Assembly (NCBI RefSeq): GCF_006345805.1
Contig: NW_021832462.1
Span: 1 to 30,901, forward strand
Origin: Octopus sinensis
Taxonomy: Eukaryota
DNA length: 30,901 nucleotides
Direction of reading: 5' to 3'
Both the position numbers and the translations under genes were made by a program. Below, one piece after another: positions 30,776 through 30,901 of this stretch (within the stretch, counting starts at the first letter, position 1; the number at the start of each line of letters is the position of its first letter). The notes below the pieces were generated by a model. The model was not told where the DNA came from. It did not search any database and worked only from the letters and a program-made list of their open reading frames with translations.

Positions 30776-30901
30776 GTTTCTAATGAATATTTCATTACTA
30801 ATATTTTTGTGTACTTATTACGCAGTTCTTAAAATTTCAAGTCTTTGCTATTCATTTAGCATTCTTTCATTCTTTTCAGAAACCATCAGAATGATTATAA
30901 C

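Overview
This is repeat-saturated eukaryotic non-coding DNA, about 31 kb of intergenic or intronic sequence. It is very probably from an octopus or other coleoid cephalopod; this is inferred from memory of the SINE families, with no database search. I recognise no intact host protein-coding exon, and nearly all listed ORFs are translations of microsatellites or SINEs. The window is a palimpsest of: four tRNA-derived SINE families (some as head-to-tail concatemers and inverted arrays), Penelope-like element (PLE) remnants carrying type-I hammerhead ribozyme motifs, RTE-type LINE fragments, a deleted mariner, a piggyBac-type MITE, Helitron-like non-autonomous elements, a probable solo LTR, long microsatellites and a 20-bp minisatellite. 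The strongest leads are: (i) two well-formed hammerhead ribozymes in a 414-bp tandem duplication behind a decayed GIY-YIG domain, plus four minimal hammerhead motifs elsewhere; (ii) a 28S rRNA fragment fused to a SINE concatemer and inserted as one unit between 8-bp target-site duplications (TSDs); (iii) SINE multimers flanked by a single TSD; (iv) a decayed satellite built from an RTE coding segment, inside which a 20-bp minisatellite has expanded. All alignments and folds were done by eye, so boundaries of degraded elements are approximate.
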